Source: an uncultured Bacilli bacterium (GTDB taxonomy: Bacteria > Bacillota_I > Bacilli_A > RF39 > UBA660). From it: a DNA stretch of 64,000 bases. This document shows, piece by piece, positions 38,947-51,880 of this stretch. Under the pieces are notes generated by a model. It worked only from the letters and a program-made list of their open reading frames with translations, searched no databases and was not told where the DNA came from. The stretch spans positions 89,698-153,697 of the forward strand of contig CANQBL010000002.1 of assembly GCA_947589105.1 (NCBI GenBank). The letters run 5' to 3'. A program made the position numbers and the translations under genes. The number at the start of each line of letters is the position of its first letter. Within the stretch, counting starts at the first letter, position 1.

Positions 38947-39969
38947 TTGAAAACCGATGATTTTGATTATTATTTACCTAAAGAGTTAATTGCTCAAACT
39001 CCTTTAATAAAAAGGGATTCTTCAAGGATGTTGGTATTAGATAAAAATACTGGCAAATATGAGGATAAGCATTTTACTGATTTAATTGATTATTTAAATG
39101 AAGGAGATACTATTGTATTAAATGATACAAAGGTTATTCCGGCAAGATTAATTGGGCATAAAGCTGAAACAGGTGCGGTAATTGAAGTTTTGATGTTAAA
39201 AGACTTAGGAGATGATGAATGGGAATGTTTAACTAAACCTGCAAAAAGAATAAAGTTAGGTACAATAGTTAAGTTTTCTCAAGAATTATTTTGTAAGTGT
39301 ACGTATGTTGGTAGTGATGGAATAAGAAGGTACAAATTTATTTATAATGGAATTTTTTTAGAAATATTAGATAGATTGGGTCAAATGCCATTACCTCCTT
39401 ATATAACTGAAAAATTAGAGGATAAAAATAGATATCAAACGGTATATGCCAAAAATCCAGGAAGTGCAGCTGCTCCAACTGCTGGGCTTCATTTTACTAA
39501 TGATTATATGGAAAAATTAAAACAAAAGGGAGTAAATATAGCATATGTTACTTTACATGTTGGTCTTGGAACTTTTAGACCGGTTGCGGTTGAAGATGTA
39601 ACAAAGCATGAAATGCACTCAGAATATTTTATTATAGATGAAAAAACTTCTAATTTATTAAACGATACGAAAGCTAAAGGTAATAGAATTATAGCAGTTG
39701 GTACCACTACTACAAGGGTTTTAGAAACAGTAGCGGATAGTTATGGTAAGTTTAAAAAACAATCTGGAAACACTAAGATATTTATCTATCCAGGATATAA
39801 ATTTAAAGGTATAGATGGTCTTTTAACAAATTTTCATTTACCTAAATCAACTTTAATAATGTTAGTTAGTGCTTTAGCAGGAAAAGAAAACATATTAAAT
39901 GCGTATAATTATGCTGTAAAAGAAAAATATAGGTTCTTTTCTTTTGGAGATTGTATGTTAATTAAATAG
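38947..39969 (+). CDS. queA: S-adenosylmethionine:tRNA ribosyltransferase-isomerase QueA
   Basis: [20 protein letters not shown] from a TTG start 7 nt after AAAAGGAG, and [10 protein letters not shown]. Confidence 0.9.
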   Translation: MKTDDFDYYLPKELIAQTPLIKRDSSRMLVLDKNTGKYEDKHFTDLIDYLNEGDTIVLNDTKVIPARLIGHKAETGAVIEVLMLKDLGDDEWECLTKPAKRIKLGTIVKFSQELFCKCTYVGSDGIRRYKFIYNGIFLEILDRLGQMPLPPYITEKLEDKNRYQTVYAKNPGSAAAPTAGLHFTNDYMEKLKQKGVNIAYVTLHVGLGTFRPVAVEDVTKHEMHSEYFIIDEKTSNLLNDTKAKGNRIIAVGTTTTRVLETVADSYGKFKKQSGNTKIFIYPGYKFKGIDGLLTNFHLPKSTLIMLVSALAGKENILNAYNYAVKEKYRFFSFGDCMLIK

Positions 39970-39977
39970 GAGGCAAT

Positions 39978-40475
39978 ATGCGAAAAAAAGCTTTGAATAA
40001 AAAGTTGTATAAACTTGATTTAAGTAGTGATAGTGATTTGTGTAATGTAATAAAGCAAAATGAGGAACAAATTTCTTTTTTTGAAAATAAATGCTTGGAG
40101 CTTGAAAAAAACTATAATTATCATGTGAATAATATTAATAGTGTTTTAAGATATATTTATGAATGTGGTTTGTCAAATGAACGAGAATATAAAATATTAA
40201 GTTTTTTGGCCGTTAAAGAAAATAAATTATTTTTGAAAGTTGTATTTTCATATCTTGATAGATTAACTACTATTATAAAAGATTATCCGTTAGATTTTAA
40301 AACTATGATGATGCAAAAAATAGATTCTCTTAAAGAATCTATATATGAAATAGAAAAAGTAAGATCTTTGTATTCTAAAAACTTTATTGACAAGTGTGCA
40401 TTTGATGTTAAACAGGATAAAATATTAAAAATTCAAAAACGTATAAAAAGAGGTATTTATGAAAATAAAATATGA
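39978..40475 (+). CDS. Hypothetical protein (165 aa) inserted between queA and tgt
   Basis: SD AGGAGG. No recognisable family. Overlaps the tgt start by 17 nt. Confidence 0.45.
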   Translation: MRKKALNKKLYKLDLSSDSDLCNVIKQNEEQISFFENKCLELEKNYNYHVNNINSVLRYIYECGLSNEREYKILSFLAVKENKLFLKVVFSYLDRLTTIIKDYPLDFKTMMMQKIDSLKESIYEIEKVRSLYSKNFIDKCAFDVKQDKILKIQKRIKRGIYENKI

Positions 40476-41583
40476 ATTAATAAAAAATAATAAAAATGAT
40501 GAAAATGTAAGATTAGGTATTCTTAATACTAATCATGGAAGTTTTGAAACTCCTATGTTTATGCCAGTAGGAACACTTGCAAACGTTAAAACCCTAATGC
40601 CAGAGGAGTTAAAAGCTTGTGGATCAGCTGTTGTACTTTCCAACACTTATCATTTATGGTTAAGACCCGGAGAAGATATTGTTAAAAAAGCTGGGGGGTT
40701 AAATAAGTTTATGAACTACGATGGCCCAACGCTTACTGATTCAGGAGGTTTCCAAGTTTTTTCTTTAGCTAAACCAAAGGATATAACCGAAGAAGGGGTT
40801 AAGTTTAAAAGTCATATAGATGGTAAAAATTTGTTTTTAACACCAGAAAAATCTATTGAAATACAAAATAAATTAGATTCTGATATTGCCATGAGTTTTG
40901 ATGAATGTGCTCCTTATCCGTCAACTAGAGAATACATCGAAAATTCGATGAGAAGAACTCTTCGTTGGGCAAAAAGAGGTAAAGATGTTTTTAACAATCC
41001 AAATCAGTCTTTATTTGGAATAGTTCAAGGTGGTGAGTTTGAAGATTTAAGATATGAAAGTGCAATTGAAACCGTAAAAATGAATTTTGATGGTTATGCG
41101 GTTGGTGGAACATCAGTTGGAGAGCCTAAGGATGTTATGTATAACATGATTAGTTATGCTACCAAATATTTGCCAAAAGATAAGCCAAGATATTTAATGG
41201 GAGTTGGGGAACCAATTGATATATTAGAAGGTGTATCAAGGGGTATTGACATGTTTGATTGTGTTTTACCAACTAGAATAGCAAGACATGGAAATTGTTT
41301 TACTAAAACTGGTAAAATAAATATTAAAAATGCGAAATATAAAGAAGATTTTTCTTCTATTGAAGAAGATTGTGATTGCTATACTTGCACTCATTTTACT
41401 AAAGCTTATGTAAGACATTTAATTATAGCAGGGGAAGTTAATGGCGGTAGGCTTCTTTCTATTCATAATATAAGATTTTTAATAAAACTTATGGAAGATA
41501 TTAGAAAATCAATTAGGGAAGATAGATTTGAAGATTTTAAAAAATCATTTATTAATAGTTATAAAAACGATGGAAAAAATTAA
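40459..41583 (+). CDS. tgt: Queuine tRNA-ribosyltransferase
   Basis: [20 protein letters not shown], and the zinc site CxCxxC...H (CDCYTCTH). Confidence 0.95.
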   Translation: MKIKYELIKNNKNDENVRLGILNTNHGSFETPMFMPVGTLANVKTLMPEELKACGSAVVLSNTYHLWLRPGEDIVKKAGGLNKFMNYDGPTLTDSGGFQVFSLAKPKDITEEGVKFKSHIDGKNLFLTPEKSIEIQNKLDSDIAMSFDECAPYPSTREYIENSMRRTLRWAKRGKDVFNNPNQSLFGIVQGGEFEDLRYESAIETVKMNFDGYAVGGTSVGEPKDVMYNMISYATKYLPKDKPRYLMGVGEPIDILEGVSRGIDMFDCVLPTRIARHGNCFTKTGKINIKNAKYKEDFSSIEEDCDCYTCTHFTKAYVRHLIIAGEVNGGRLLSIHNIRFLIKLMEDIRKSIREDRFEDFKKSFINSYKNDGKN

Positions 41584-41957
41584 ATTCCATCGTTTTCTTC
41601 TTTTAGGTTTTTTTCTAATATTCCACCTAAGATACTAAATAATAAAATTATTATATAATATATTAAACTCGATAATTTAAAATTAATTTTAAATACTAAT
41701 AAAGATAGTATAGCCATTATTATAAAAAAAGCTATAAAGTATATTATCCCGTTTATTATACCTTTATATTTCATTTCTTTAGAAAATAAAACGGATCCAG
41801 TAAAAATTCCTACAATACTTACTAGATATAATAAGATGTTATTTATTTTACTACTTGTTATATTAAAATAATAAAGTATACTTGAAAATAGGGTTCCAAC
41901 AATAATTATTCCAACTGTGTATAATGCTGGAATTAAGTACTTTTTCATTTGCTTCAC
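41580..41957 (-). CDS. Hypothetical small membrane protein (4 TM), convergent with tgt
   Basis: Only credible minus-strand ORF in this region. Hydrophobic throughout. Confidence 0.45.
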   Translation of the reverse strand: MKQMKKYLIPALYTVGIIIVGTLFSSILYYFNITSSKINNILLYLVSIVGIFTGSVLFSKEMKYKGIINGIIYFIAFFIIMAILSLLVFKINFKLSSLIYYIIILLFSILGGILEKNLKEENDGI

Positions 41958-42022
41958 CTCTAATAAAATATATTACATGAATATAAAAATATGATTATAA
42001 TCATAATATTAATGGTGATAAA

Positions 42023-42682
42023 ATGGAATTTTTAATAATTATTATTAAGACGTTTTTTATATATCTTTTAGTAGCTTTTATTTTTAGAATAATGGGAAAA
42101 AGAGAAGTAGGTCAACTTGGTACATTTGATTTGGTGGTGTTTATTTTAATCGCGGAATTAGTTGCAATGGCAATTGAACATAAAGAAAATTTTTTGTTCA
42201 ATTTAGTACCCGTTGTTATTCTTGTTATTTTACAAATTTTAATATCTAAAGTATCTTTAAAAAATAGTAAATTTAGAAGATTTATTGATGGTAAACCAGT
42301 TGTTATTATAAAAAAAGGAGTAATTGATTTTAAGAATATGGTAGAGCAACGATACACATTAGATGATTTATTATTACAATTAAGAGAAAAAGATGTAAGA
42401 AGTATTGATGAGGTAGAATATGCTATTTTAGAAATTAATGGAAAGCTATCGGTTTTTAAAAAAGATGATAAAAAGGATAAGAAAACATATCCTTTACCTA
42501 TAATTTTAGATGGAGAAGTTCAGTTTGATAATTTATACAATATTGGTAAAAGTAAAAGGTGGCTTTTAAATACATTAACTGATAAGAAAATAATGGTAGA
42601 AGAGATATTTTATGCTTTTTCCAAAAATAATGAATTATTTATAATAAAAAATAGTGAATTAGATGATAAAAAAGCTTTTTAG
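42023..42682 (+). CDS. DUF421 (YetF/YdfS-like) membrane protein
   Basis: N-terminus FRIMGKREVGQLGTFDLVVFILIAELVAMAI is the conserved DUF421 signature, with a YetF-like C-terminal domain. Confidence 0.75.
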   Translation: MEFLIIIIKTFFIYLLVAFIFRIMGKREVGQLGTFDLVVFILIAELVAMAIEHKENFLFNLVPVVILVILQILISKVSLKNSKFRRFIDGKPVVIIKKGVIDFKNMVEQRYTLDDLLLQLREKDVRSIDEVEYAILEINGKLSVFKKDDKKDKKTYPLPIILDGEVQFDNLYNIGKSKRWLLNTLTDKKIMVEEIFYAFSKNNELFIIKNSELDDKKAF

Positions 42683-42698
42683 CTTTTTTCTTTTTTTC
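42668..42698 (+). terminator. AT-only hairpin terminator (AAAAAAGC-ttttta-GCTTTTTT + U-run)
   Basis: 8-bp stem overlapping the stop codon of the DUF421 gene. Confidence 0.45.
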
Positions 42699-42769
42699 TA
42701 AAAAATAACATTATTGTTTAATAAAAATATATGTGTTATAATTTATAAGGAATATAAGGGAGGTTAATC

Positions 42770-43621
42770 ATGGACGAAAAAGATAATGATATAAAACAGG
42801 CTATTGATAGTATTTTTGGCGATGATATTTTAGAGATAGAAAGTAACGATAATTCTTTAAAAAATGATAATAATGGTACTGATATTAATTTAAAAACTAG
42901 TACTTTTAATAGTACGAATACTATAGAAAAAAAAGATGACACAAAACAGTCAAGTATTAAGGATTCAGTAACTATTAATCAAGAAGATAAGATTTTGCTT
43001 ACTTCTAATAATGTTTCTAAAGAAACTTCTTTAACTACAGTTAACAAAGAAGAAAATGATTATTCTAAAAGTATAGATACTTTAATTGTTAACCAAGAAG
43101 AAAAAAAAGAAAAAACCTCTTTTAATAAAAATATTATATTTTATTTTATAATAGGATTTGTTATAGGACTTATTCTTATATATATAATTGTAGGGACTGT
43201 TTCTGGAAAACAAAAAGTTGTTAATTGTTCTTATAATGCTGAGGATACAGGATATAAAGTTACTGATGAATATAAGATAAAGTATAAAAATGATTCAATA
43301 TTATATGTTGAATATTTATATAATTATATAGCTAAAACAGATGAGTATAAATCCCAAATAGAGTATGTCAAAGAAGAAAAAATTCCAGTTATAATTAATT
43401 CAAATGGAATGAGTGGTTTTACTTATATTTATGAAACGGGTGATACATTTTTTAAAGTTAATGGGTATTTAGATTTTACTTTATTTGATTATGAAAAAAT
43501 AAAAAAACTTAATCAAAAAGTTACTCCGATAAGTTATTTTAATATCGATCCTAATCCTAGTTTTAAAGCATTACAAAAAAATTTGGAAAAAAATGGTTAT
43601 GAATGCACTAGTAGCAAATAA
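42770..43621 (+). CDS. Hypothetical bitopic membrane protein (acidic/S/T-rich N-terminal region, one TM, Cys-containing C-terminal domain); paralogue of 47263-48006
   Basis: SD AGGGAGG. C-terminal ALQKNLEKNGYEC and VVNCSYN align with TLQNAYIEKGFNC and VLTCTYN of ORF 47263-48006. Confidence 0.5.
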   Translation: MDEKDNDIKQAIDSIFGDDILEIESNDNSLKNDNNGTDINLKTSTFNSTNTIEKKDDTKQSSIKDSVTINQEDKILLTSNNVSKETSLTTVNKEENDYSKSIDTLIVNQEEKKEKTSFNKNIIFYFIIGFVIGLILIYIIVGTVSGKQKVVNCSYNAEDTGYKVTDEYKIKYKNDSILYVEYLYNYIAKTDEYKSQIEYVKEEKIPVIINSNGMSGFTYIYETGDTFFKVNGYLDFTLFDYEKIKKLNQKVTPISYFNIDPNPSFKALQKNLEKNGYECTSSK

Positions 43622-43652
43622 AAATATTTAAATAATAAAAAATATGGTATAA

Positions 43653-45161
<1,509 letters not shown>

Positions 45162-45742
45162 TTTAATAAATTTTAATAAGTTTAAAAAGTGCTAAAAAAT
45201 GGATTCTTAAAATTAGAAATATTAGGAAATTTGTATAAATTTCGCTGGTAGCATTAAAATAAGCTAATAATTTGGTATAAAAAGGAGTTTTAATATTGAA
45301 AATTTTAAAGAAAATATTATTATAATATTAATAGTTTATTTATAAGTTCAATCTATATTTTATTACATATTAATTTTGGAAATGAGCCTAAAATATTAGG
45401 TATGGGTTTTAGTGAATCTAATAATTTAATTAGAAATATTATGGGAATACCCAAAACATATACTACTTACGAGGGTGTAAGTCCATGGTTTTTATTAGAA
45501 GTTATTATAAAGGTAATTATAGCAATTATTTTAATTATGGATTTAAAAAGAATTAATAAGTCTTAATTAATTTGTTAAAGTACCAACTAAGCAAATTATA
45601 ATGAATTTTCATATTTTTTCAATGAAACCTGAAAATGAAAGAAAAATTAAAAGAAAGTTTTTTCTTTCTTTTTTTTGTTTGTTTTATTTATTAATTATGA
45701 TATAATTAACGTGTATTATAATAAGTATTAAGGAGTAATTAT

Positions 45743-46369
45743 ATGTTTATTGGAGTTTATAATGCATCTGTTGTGTTAACTTATCTTGGCCTTTCATTTT
45801 CTGTGGTAGGTATGTCATTAGCTTTTTTAGGATTTATTCCGCAAGCTATTATGTGTCTTATTTTATCAGGTGTATGTGATATGTTTGATGGTACGGTAGC
45901 AAGGTCTTGTAAAAGAACGGAGATGCAGAAAAAGTTTGGAGTGCAAATTGATTCTTTAGTAGATACTGTCTCTTTTGGAGTTTTCCCAGTTGTACTTGGA
46001 ATATGTATGGGATTTACTAGTAGAATAAATATTGTTATATACGTAGTATATGTTTTGGCTGCAGTTATAAGGCTTGCTTATTTTAACGTGTTAGCAGAAG
46101 AAAAAAGTGTTTTGCATAAAAAAGAAAAAATATTTTATTATCAAGGTTTACCTGTTACTAGTATAGCAATTATATTGCCTTTTACTTATAATTTGTATTT
46201 TTTTAAACCTATCGTTTTTATAAGAGCTTTTCCATTAGTACTACTTGTAACCGGAATTTTATTCGTACTTAATTTTAAGATTAAAAAGCCGACTGGTATA
46301 TGGTTTGTTATTTGCTCTATATTAGCGGTAATTGAAATAGCTATCATATCTGCATCAATGTTATGGTAA
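45743..46369 (+). CDS. pssA: CDP-diacylglycerol--serine O-phosphatidyltransferase
   Basis: CDP-alcohol phosphatidyltransferase motif DMFDGTVARSCKRTEMQKKFGVQIDSLVDTV and multiple TM segments. SD TAAGGAG. Confidence 0.85.
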   Translation: MFIGVYNASVVLTYLGLSFSVVGMSLAFLGFIPQAIMCLILSGVCDMFDGTVARSCKRTEMQKKFGVQIDSLVDTVSFGVFPVVLGICMGFTSRINIVIYVVYVLAAVIRLAYFNVLAEEKSVLHKKEKIFYYQGLPVTSIAIILPFTYNLYFFKPIVFIRAFPLVLLVTGILFVLNFKIKKPTGIWFVICSILAVIEIAIISASMLW

Positions 46370-47205
46370 AAAAGTTAACAAACGATAATTCAGAAAAAGG
46401 ATTATCGTTTTTGTACAATTCAAAAGTTGGAAGATTAATTTTAAAACCATTAGTTGCAAATAAATTTATAAGTAACTTTGTTGGATGGGTTTTAGATAGA
46501 AAAATATCTTGTGTAGGAATAAAACCTTTTGTAAGAAAAAATAATATAAAAATAGATGATTATGAAAAAAAGAGATATGATAGTTTTAATGATTTTTTTA
46601 TACGTAAAATAAAACCTGAAAAACGGGAAATAATAATGGATGAAGATGTTTTTATATCCCCTTGTGATTCTAAACTTATAGCTTATAAAATAAATGAAAA
46701 AACGATATTTAACGTAAAAAATACGGCTTATGATGTTTTTTCTCTTACAAATAATAAAAAAATATCTAAAGAGTTTAAAAATGGTTATGCTCTTGTTTTT
46801 AGGCTATCGCCAGCTGATTATCACAGATATTATTTCGTTGATGATGGTGTTGTATTAGAAAAATATAAAATAAATGGTAAGTTTCATACGGTTAATCCTA
46901 TCGTATATGATAAATTTGAGGTTTTTAAAGAAAATACTAGAGAATGTACTTTGTTGCAAACTAAAAATTTTGATAAATTATTATACATTGAAGTAGGAGC
47001 TTTATTAGTTGGTAAAATTAATAATCATGATATTAAAAAATTTAATAAAGGTGATGAAAAAGGTTTTTTTATGTATGGAGGGTCTACGGTTATTATTTTA
47101 GTAAAAAAGAATATAATTGGTCTTGATAAAAAAATACTTAAAAATTCTAAATTTGGTTATGAAACAAGTGTTAAACTAGGAGAAAAAATTGCAAAAAGAC
47201 TATAA
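46363..47205 (+). CDS. psd: Phosphatidylserine decarboxylase proenzyme
   Basis: The self-cleavage site G-S-T in GFFMYGGSTVIIL is conserved. Overlaps pssA by 7 nt. Confidence 0.85.
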   Translation: MVKKLTNDNSEKGLSFLYNSKVGRLILKPLVANKFISNFVGWVLDRKISCVGIKPFVRKNNIKIDDYEKKRYDSFNDFFIRKIKPEKREIIMDEDVFISPCDSKLIAYKINEKTIFNVKNTAYDVFSLTNNKKISKEFKNGYALVFRLSPADYHRYYFVDDGVVLEKYKINGKFHTVNPIVYDKFEVFKENTRECTLLQTKNFDKLLYIEVGALLVGKINNHDIKKFNKGDEKGFFMYGGSTVIILVKKNIIGLDKKILKNSKFGYETSVKLGEKIAKRL

Positions 47206-47262
47206 ATAATATTTTTAATTAAAAAATATTGTGTTATCATAATAATAAAAGGAGTGATACTA

Positions 47263-48006
47263 ATGCAGGATTCCGAAAATAAAGAAAATATAAATAATTC
47301 TGAAGAAAATAATAAAATACCAGTCGAGGCTGATAACGTAACAAGAGAAATTAACTTGGATGAGTTGTATGATGGAGCTGTTAATAATACGGTTGTAATA
47401 GATCCTGTAACTAATGATGAAATTTTACTTTCTTCTAAAAAACCTAATTATACACTTATTGGAATTGTTTTAGCTATCCTTATTTTGCTTGTTTTATATT
47501 ATGTTAATAATAAAACAGATTTTGGTAGAACAACTAAAGATGTTGAACCTAAAACAACTACTCATAATGTTATTAGTACTGAAAATAATGAGGTTAAAGA
47601 CGGGGTTTTAACATGTACTTATAATTCAAAAAGTGATGCGGAAACACAAATGGTAACTTTTGTTGCTAATTATAAAAATAGTGTTGTAATTAATAGTAAT
47701 TTTAATTATGTTGTTATATCTAACATAGATATTACTTCGGCGGTTGTTGAAGATTTGAAAAATCAATATGAAAATTTTTATATAAATAATGCAGCGGTTA
47801 TTGGTAATAACATAACTTATGAAAAAAATGAAAAAGGTTTTACTTTTAATGCACAAACGGATTATAATTTTTCTGATTTTGATAAAGTTATATTTAACGA
47901 AGGGCAAACGATACTATATGTTAAACCAACAAAAACTGATACGTACGAAACTCTTCAAAATGCGTATATAGAAAAAGGATTTAACTGTGTTGTTTCTAAG
48001 GATTAA
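47263..48006 (+). CDS. Hypothetical bitopic membrane protein; paralogue of 42770-43621
   Basis: SD AAAGGAG lies before the ATG at 47263. It has the same architecture (acidic N-terminal region, TM, Cys-containing C-terminal domain) and the aligned terminal blocks. Confidence 0.5.
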   Translation: MQDSENKENINNSEENNKIPVEADNVTREINLDELYDGAVNNTVVIDPVTNDEILLSSKKPNYTLIGIVLAILILLVLYYVNNKTDFGRTTKDVEPKTTTHNVISTENNEVKDGVLTCTYNSKSDAETQMVTFVANYKNSVVINSNFNYVVISNIDITSAVVEDLKNQYENFYINNAAVIGNNITYEKNEKGFTFNAQTDYNFSDFDKVIFNEGQTILYVKPTKTDTYETLQNAYIEKGFNCVVSKD

Positions 48007-48009
48007 TAA

Positions 48010-48198
48010 ATGAAAGAGAAAAATAATAAAAATGATTTAAAAAATCTTGTTATCGTAATGATAATCTTTGACGTTATTGCATTACTAAACCTTGTTTTAC
48101 AAATATATTTAAAAGATGTTTCTTATTCATCTTATGTAGTTCTTATATTAAGTAATATAGTAGTTTTTACAACTTATAAATATAATAAAAAATCATAA
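48010..48198 (+). CDS. Small hypothetical membrane protein (62 aa)
   Basis: ORF in the track with one hydrophobic helix. Weak support. Confidence 0.3.
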   Translation: MKEKNNKNDLKNLVIVMIIFDVIALLNLVLQIYLKDVSYSSYVVLILSNIVVFTTYKYNKKS

Positions 48199-48218
48199 AA
48201 CGATGAGGTTCATTTGCT

Positions 48219-49520
48219 TTATGATTTTTTATTTATTTCTTTTAATACTATTATTAAAACTAATAAAGTAGTAATTATTATTCCTGTTATCATTGAAAAT
48301 ATTAATGAATTCATGCCAAATCCTAGAAAACCACTTATAAAAAGTACTCCATATTTTAATATGGTAGATATTAATGATACATAAAATAATTTATTAGTTT
48401 TTCCCATAGCTTGTATTGCAGCAGATAAGGAAGGTTGCATGTATAATATTATAAAAAAAGGTCCAACTAAATATATATAATTAACACCAAAACTAACACC
48501 GTATATAATATTTAAAATTTTATCTGGAAAAATCAATATTACTGACAAGCAAAATATTCCAACTATTATTGAAAAAATTATTAATTTTAATAATTTATTA
48601 TTAAATTCTTGATATTTTCTATTAGTATAAGCTTTTGTTATATTTGGTAGTAGCGCTGATGCAATAGACATCATAAAAAAAGAGGGCATGGATAAAAGGG
48701 GAATTATATATGAATTTATTATTCCGTACTCTAGTGTTATATAATTTGATGAATAACCATTTTTAACGAGTACGTAGGTTAATAATATAGGTTCTAAAAA
48801 AAAGCCTAATGAGGATATAAGTCTTACTAAAGTAGTTGGTAAAGATATTTTTATTATATCTTTAATTATTATTTTATCAATTGTAACCTTTTGCTTTTTT
48901 ACATATTTTTTAATTGCTTTATTCATTATTATATAACTTGATGTTTCTGTTATTATATTAAATAATATGATTGTTATTACTGCAATTATATTTGATTTTG
49001 CAATCGCTATTGGTAATATTGTTATTATCAAAAATATTTTTATTAATTCTTCAATTACGTTTGCTATGGATGCTGGTAGCATTTTTTCTTTTCCGTGTAA
49101 AAAACCTCTTTGAATACTGGTTACAGTAATAAAAGGAATGATAAAAATAATTGAAATAATTGCTTTATATAAAATTTCATTATGTAACATTCTTGCTATT
49201 GTTTTGGAAAATAATAATATTAATATCATCATTAAAATATTAATTATAAAACCGGTAGCATAAGCGGAAATTAGTAATTTCTTATTATCGTATTTATTTT
49301 CAGCGGACAATTTACTAATTGATATTGGAAAAGAAAACTGGCAAATGGAAATAATTAACATAAAAGTAGGTGTTATAAGAGTGTAAAGACCGACTATGTT
49401 AACACCAGCTTGTCTTGTGTATATTATTTTTCCTATCATTCCTATCAATTTAGCAATAGCACCTGATACTATTAAAATAAATATGTTTTTTATAAGTACG
49501 TTATTTTTTAATTTATTCAT
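48219..49520 (-). CDS. MOP-superfamily flippase (polysaccharide biosynthesis protein / SpoVB / MurJ-like)
   Basis: 433 aa with about 12 TM. The N-terminal AIAKLIGMIGKIIYTRQAGVNIVGLYTLITP matches the Wzx/SpoVB/MurJ signature region. Confidence 0.65.
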   Translation of the reverse strand: MNKLKNNVLIKNIFILIVSGAIAKLIGMIGKIIYTRQAGVNIVGLYTLITPTFMLIISICQFSFPISISKLSAENKYDNKKLLISAYATGFIINILMMILILLFSKTIARMLHNEILYKAIISIIFIIPFITVTSIQRGFLHGKEKMLPASIANVIEELIKIFLIITILPIAIAKSNIIAVITIILFNIITETSSYIIMNKAIKKYVKKQKVTIDKIIIKDIIKISLPTTLVRLISSLGFFLEPILLTYVLVKNGYSSNYITLEYGIINSYIIPLLSMPSFFMMSIASALLPNITKAYTNRKYQEFNNKLLKLIIFSIIVGIFCLSVILIFPDKILNIIYGVSFGVNYIYLVGPFFIILYMQPSLSAAIQAMGKTNKLFYVSLISTILKYGVLFISGFLGFGMNSLIFSMITGIIITTLLVLIIVLKEINKKS

Positions 49521-49685
49521 GATAAATTATATGGAAAAAAACCGTTATAATTTACTATAATTTGTTTTTAATTATGACTATTTTTTTTCTTTTTATCTTT
49601 GATTTTAGGAATATATGTTATATAATTATTAATAGAGTTAATAATTATATTAATTATCACAATTTATAAAAGAAGGATGGTAAAG

Positions 49686-51848
49686 ATGAAAAAGAAATTT
49701 ATAAAACGATTATTGATATTTTTAGCTAGTATTATTTTACTTAGTTTAGTTTACATACCATTATTTAATGATATGAAATTTGGACTTGATCTAAAAGGCG
49801 GTTTTGAGGTTTTATACCAAGTAAAAAGAAGTGATAGTAAAAAACTTACGTCAGAGGATATGAAAAGTACGTATGACGTAATTAAAAGAAACGTGGATTC
49901 TCTTGGGGTAGCTGAACCTGAAATAACGATGGAAGGTAAAGATAGAATTCGTGTTAAATTAGCGGGTGTAACAGATATAGAAAACGCAAGGAAAGTTTTG
50001 TCAAACGTTGCAAACATATCTTTTAGAGATACGTCTGATAAACTTTTAATGGATTCCAGCGTTATAAAAGGAGCAAGACTTTCATATGATGAATCTGGGA
50101 AACCAGCTATTTCTCTTTTAGTAAAAAATAAAGAAAAGTTTTTAGAAGCAACAACTTTAGTAAGTCAAAAACAAAATGGTAATAACGTAATGGTTATATG
50201 GTATAACTTTGAAAATGGTGTTAATTCCTATACTAAAGATAGAGAAACTTGTGGTATACAAGGAAGTGTTTGTTTATCTGCTGCTACTGTAAGTCAAGGC
50301 TTTTCTAGTGATGTTATTATAACTGGTAACTTTACCAAGGAGGAGGCTGAAGGACTAGCAACAAGTATTAATGCTGGTTCTATAACTACAAAATTAACAG
50401 AAATATCATCGCAAAACGTTAATGCCTCTTATGGTCAAGGAGTTTTATCTAAAACTCTAGCTGCTGGTGTAATAGGAATGCTATTAGTTATTATAATGAT
50501 GAGTCTATTATATAAATTTGCAGGATTTATTGAAGGTATAAGTTTGTTATTATATATGTTATTAGTAATGGGTATATTTTGGTTAATTGGTGGAGTTTTA
50601 ACATTACCTGCAATAGCTGCTTTGATTCTTGGTATTGGTATGGCTGTTGATTCTTGCGTTATTACTAACGAGAGAATAACAGAGGAACTTTCTTTTGGAA
50701 AAAGCTTAAAAAATGCATATGAAACTGGAAATAGCTATTCATGGAGTTCAATATTTGATGCTAATGTAACAACTTTAATAGTAGCTATAGTTTTATTTGT
50801 TTTAGGAGAAAGCCAGGTTAAAGGTTTTGCAACCATGCTTATTATAACTATTTTTTCAACTATGTTTATAATGGTATTCTTAAATAGAAAAATATTAAAA
50901 TCATTTGTTAATACTGAATTTTTTAATAAAAAACCAAATTCTTTTATAAGGTTAAAAAAACAAATATTAAATAAAATGGAAGACAAAAAGTTTGATTTTA
51001 TGAGTTTAATAAAAAAATGTTTTATTATTACAGCTTTATATCTTATAATTGGAATCGTAATTTTAGTTTTAAAAGGTTTTAACTTAGGAATAGATTTTAG
51101 AGCAGGTACTGATGTTACTATAAAAGCAGAAAATATAAATGTATCTAATATAAAAGATGATTTTAATAAATTGGGTTATGATATTGTAACTGTTACTAAA
51201 CAAGAAAATGATGAGGTATACGTTAAACTTAATAACGAGTTAAAAGAAGAAGGAATTAATAAGGTAAATAGATATTTTAAAAATAAATATAACGCAACTA
51301 CTTTAGTTAACGTAGTAACTAACATAGTAAAACAAGAATTAGTTAAAAATGCAATTTATTCAGTATTAATTGCTATGATTGCAATAATAATTTATATATC
51401 ATTTAGGTTTAAATTTAGTTATGCAATTTCATCTATTCTTGCTTTAACTCATGATGTATTATTTGTTATGATATTATTTTCTTTACTTAAGATAGAAGTT
51501 AACGTAATATTTATTGCGGCATTATTAACAATAATTGGATATTCAATAAATAATACTATTGTAGTATTTGATCGGGTAAGAGAAAATATTAGTAATAAAA
51601 AAGGAAAATTAAAAGAAAGTGAATTAAAAGAAGTTGTTAATAAAAGTATTAATGAGACGATAACCCGTTCAATATATACGACTATTACTACTATAATTCC
51701 AGTAGTTTGTTTAATGATTTTAGGTTCAAAAAGTATATTACCATTTAATATTGCTTTAATAATTGGTCTTGTAGCTGGGTTATATTCTTCGGTATTATTA
51801 GCAGGACAATTATGGTTTTCAATTGAAAAACGACGAATTAATAAATAA
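49686..51848 (+). CDS. secDF: Protein translocase subunit SecDF (fused)
   Basis: About 720 aa with 12 TM. SecD start LDLKGG. Periplasmic domains and the SecF half. Equivalent to the B. subtilis SecDF fusion. Confidence 0.9.
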   Translation: MKKKFIKRLLIFLASIILLSLVYIPLFNDMKFGLDLKGGFEVLYQVKRSDSKKLTSEDMKSTYDVIKRNVDSLGVAEPEITMEGKDRIRVKLAGVTDIENARKVLSNVANISFRDTSDKLLMDSSVIKGARLSYDESGKPAISLLVKNKEKFLEATTLVSQKQNGNNVMVIWYNFENGVNSYTKDRETCGIQGSVCLSAATVSQGFSSDVIITGNFTKEEAEGLATSINAGSITTKLTEISSQNVNASYGQGVLSKTLAAGVIGMLLVIIMMSLLYKFAGFIEGISLLLYMLLVMGIFWLIGGVLTLPAIAALILGIGMAVDSCVITNERITEELSFGKSLKNAYETGNSYSWSSIFDANVTTLIVAIVLFVLGESQVKGFATMLIITIFSTMFIMVFLNRKILKSFVNTEFFNKKPNSFIRLKKQILNKMEDKKFDFMSLIKKCFIITALYLIIGIVILVLKGFNLGIDFRAGTDVTIKAENINVSNIKDDFNKLGYDIVTVTKQENDEVYVKLNNELKEEGINKVNRYFKNKYNATTLVNVVTNIVKQELVKNAIYSVLIAMIAIIIYISFRFKFSYAISSILALTHDVLFVMILFSLLKIEVNVIFIAALLTIIGYSINNTIVVFDRVRENISNKKGKLKESELKEVVNKSINETITRSIYTTITTIIPVVCLMILGSKSILPFNIALIIGLVAGLYSSVLLAGQLWFSIEKRRINK

Positions 51849-51880
51849 AAATTATAATTCCTATGGAAAGGCTGATTTAA

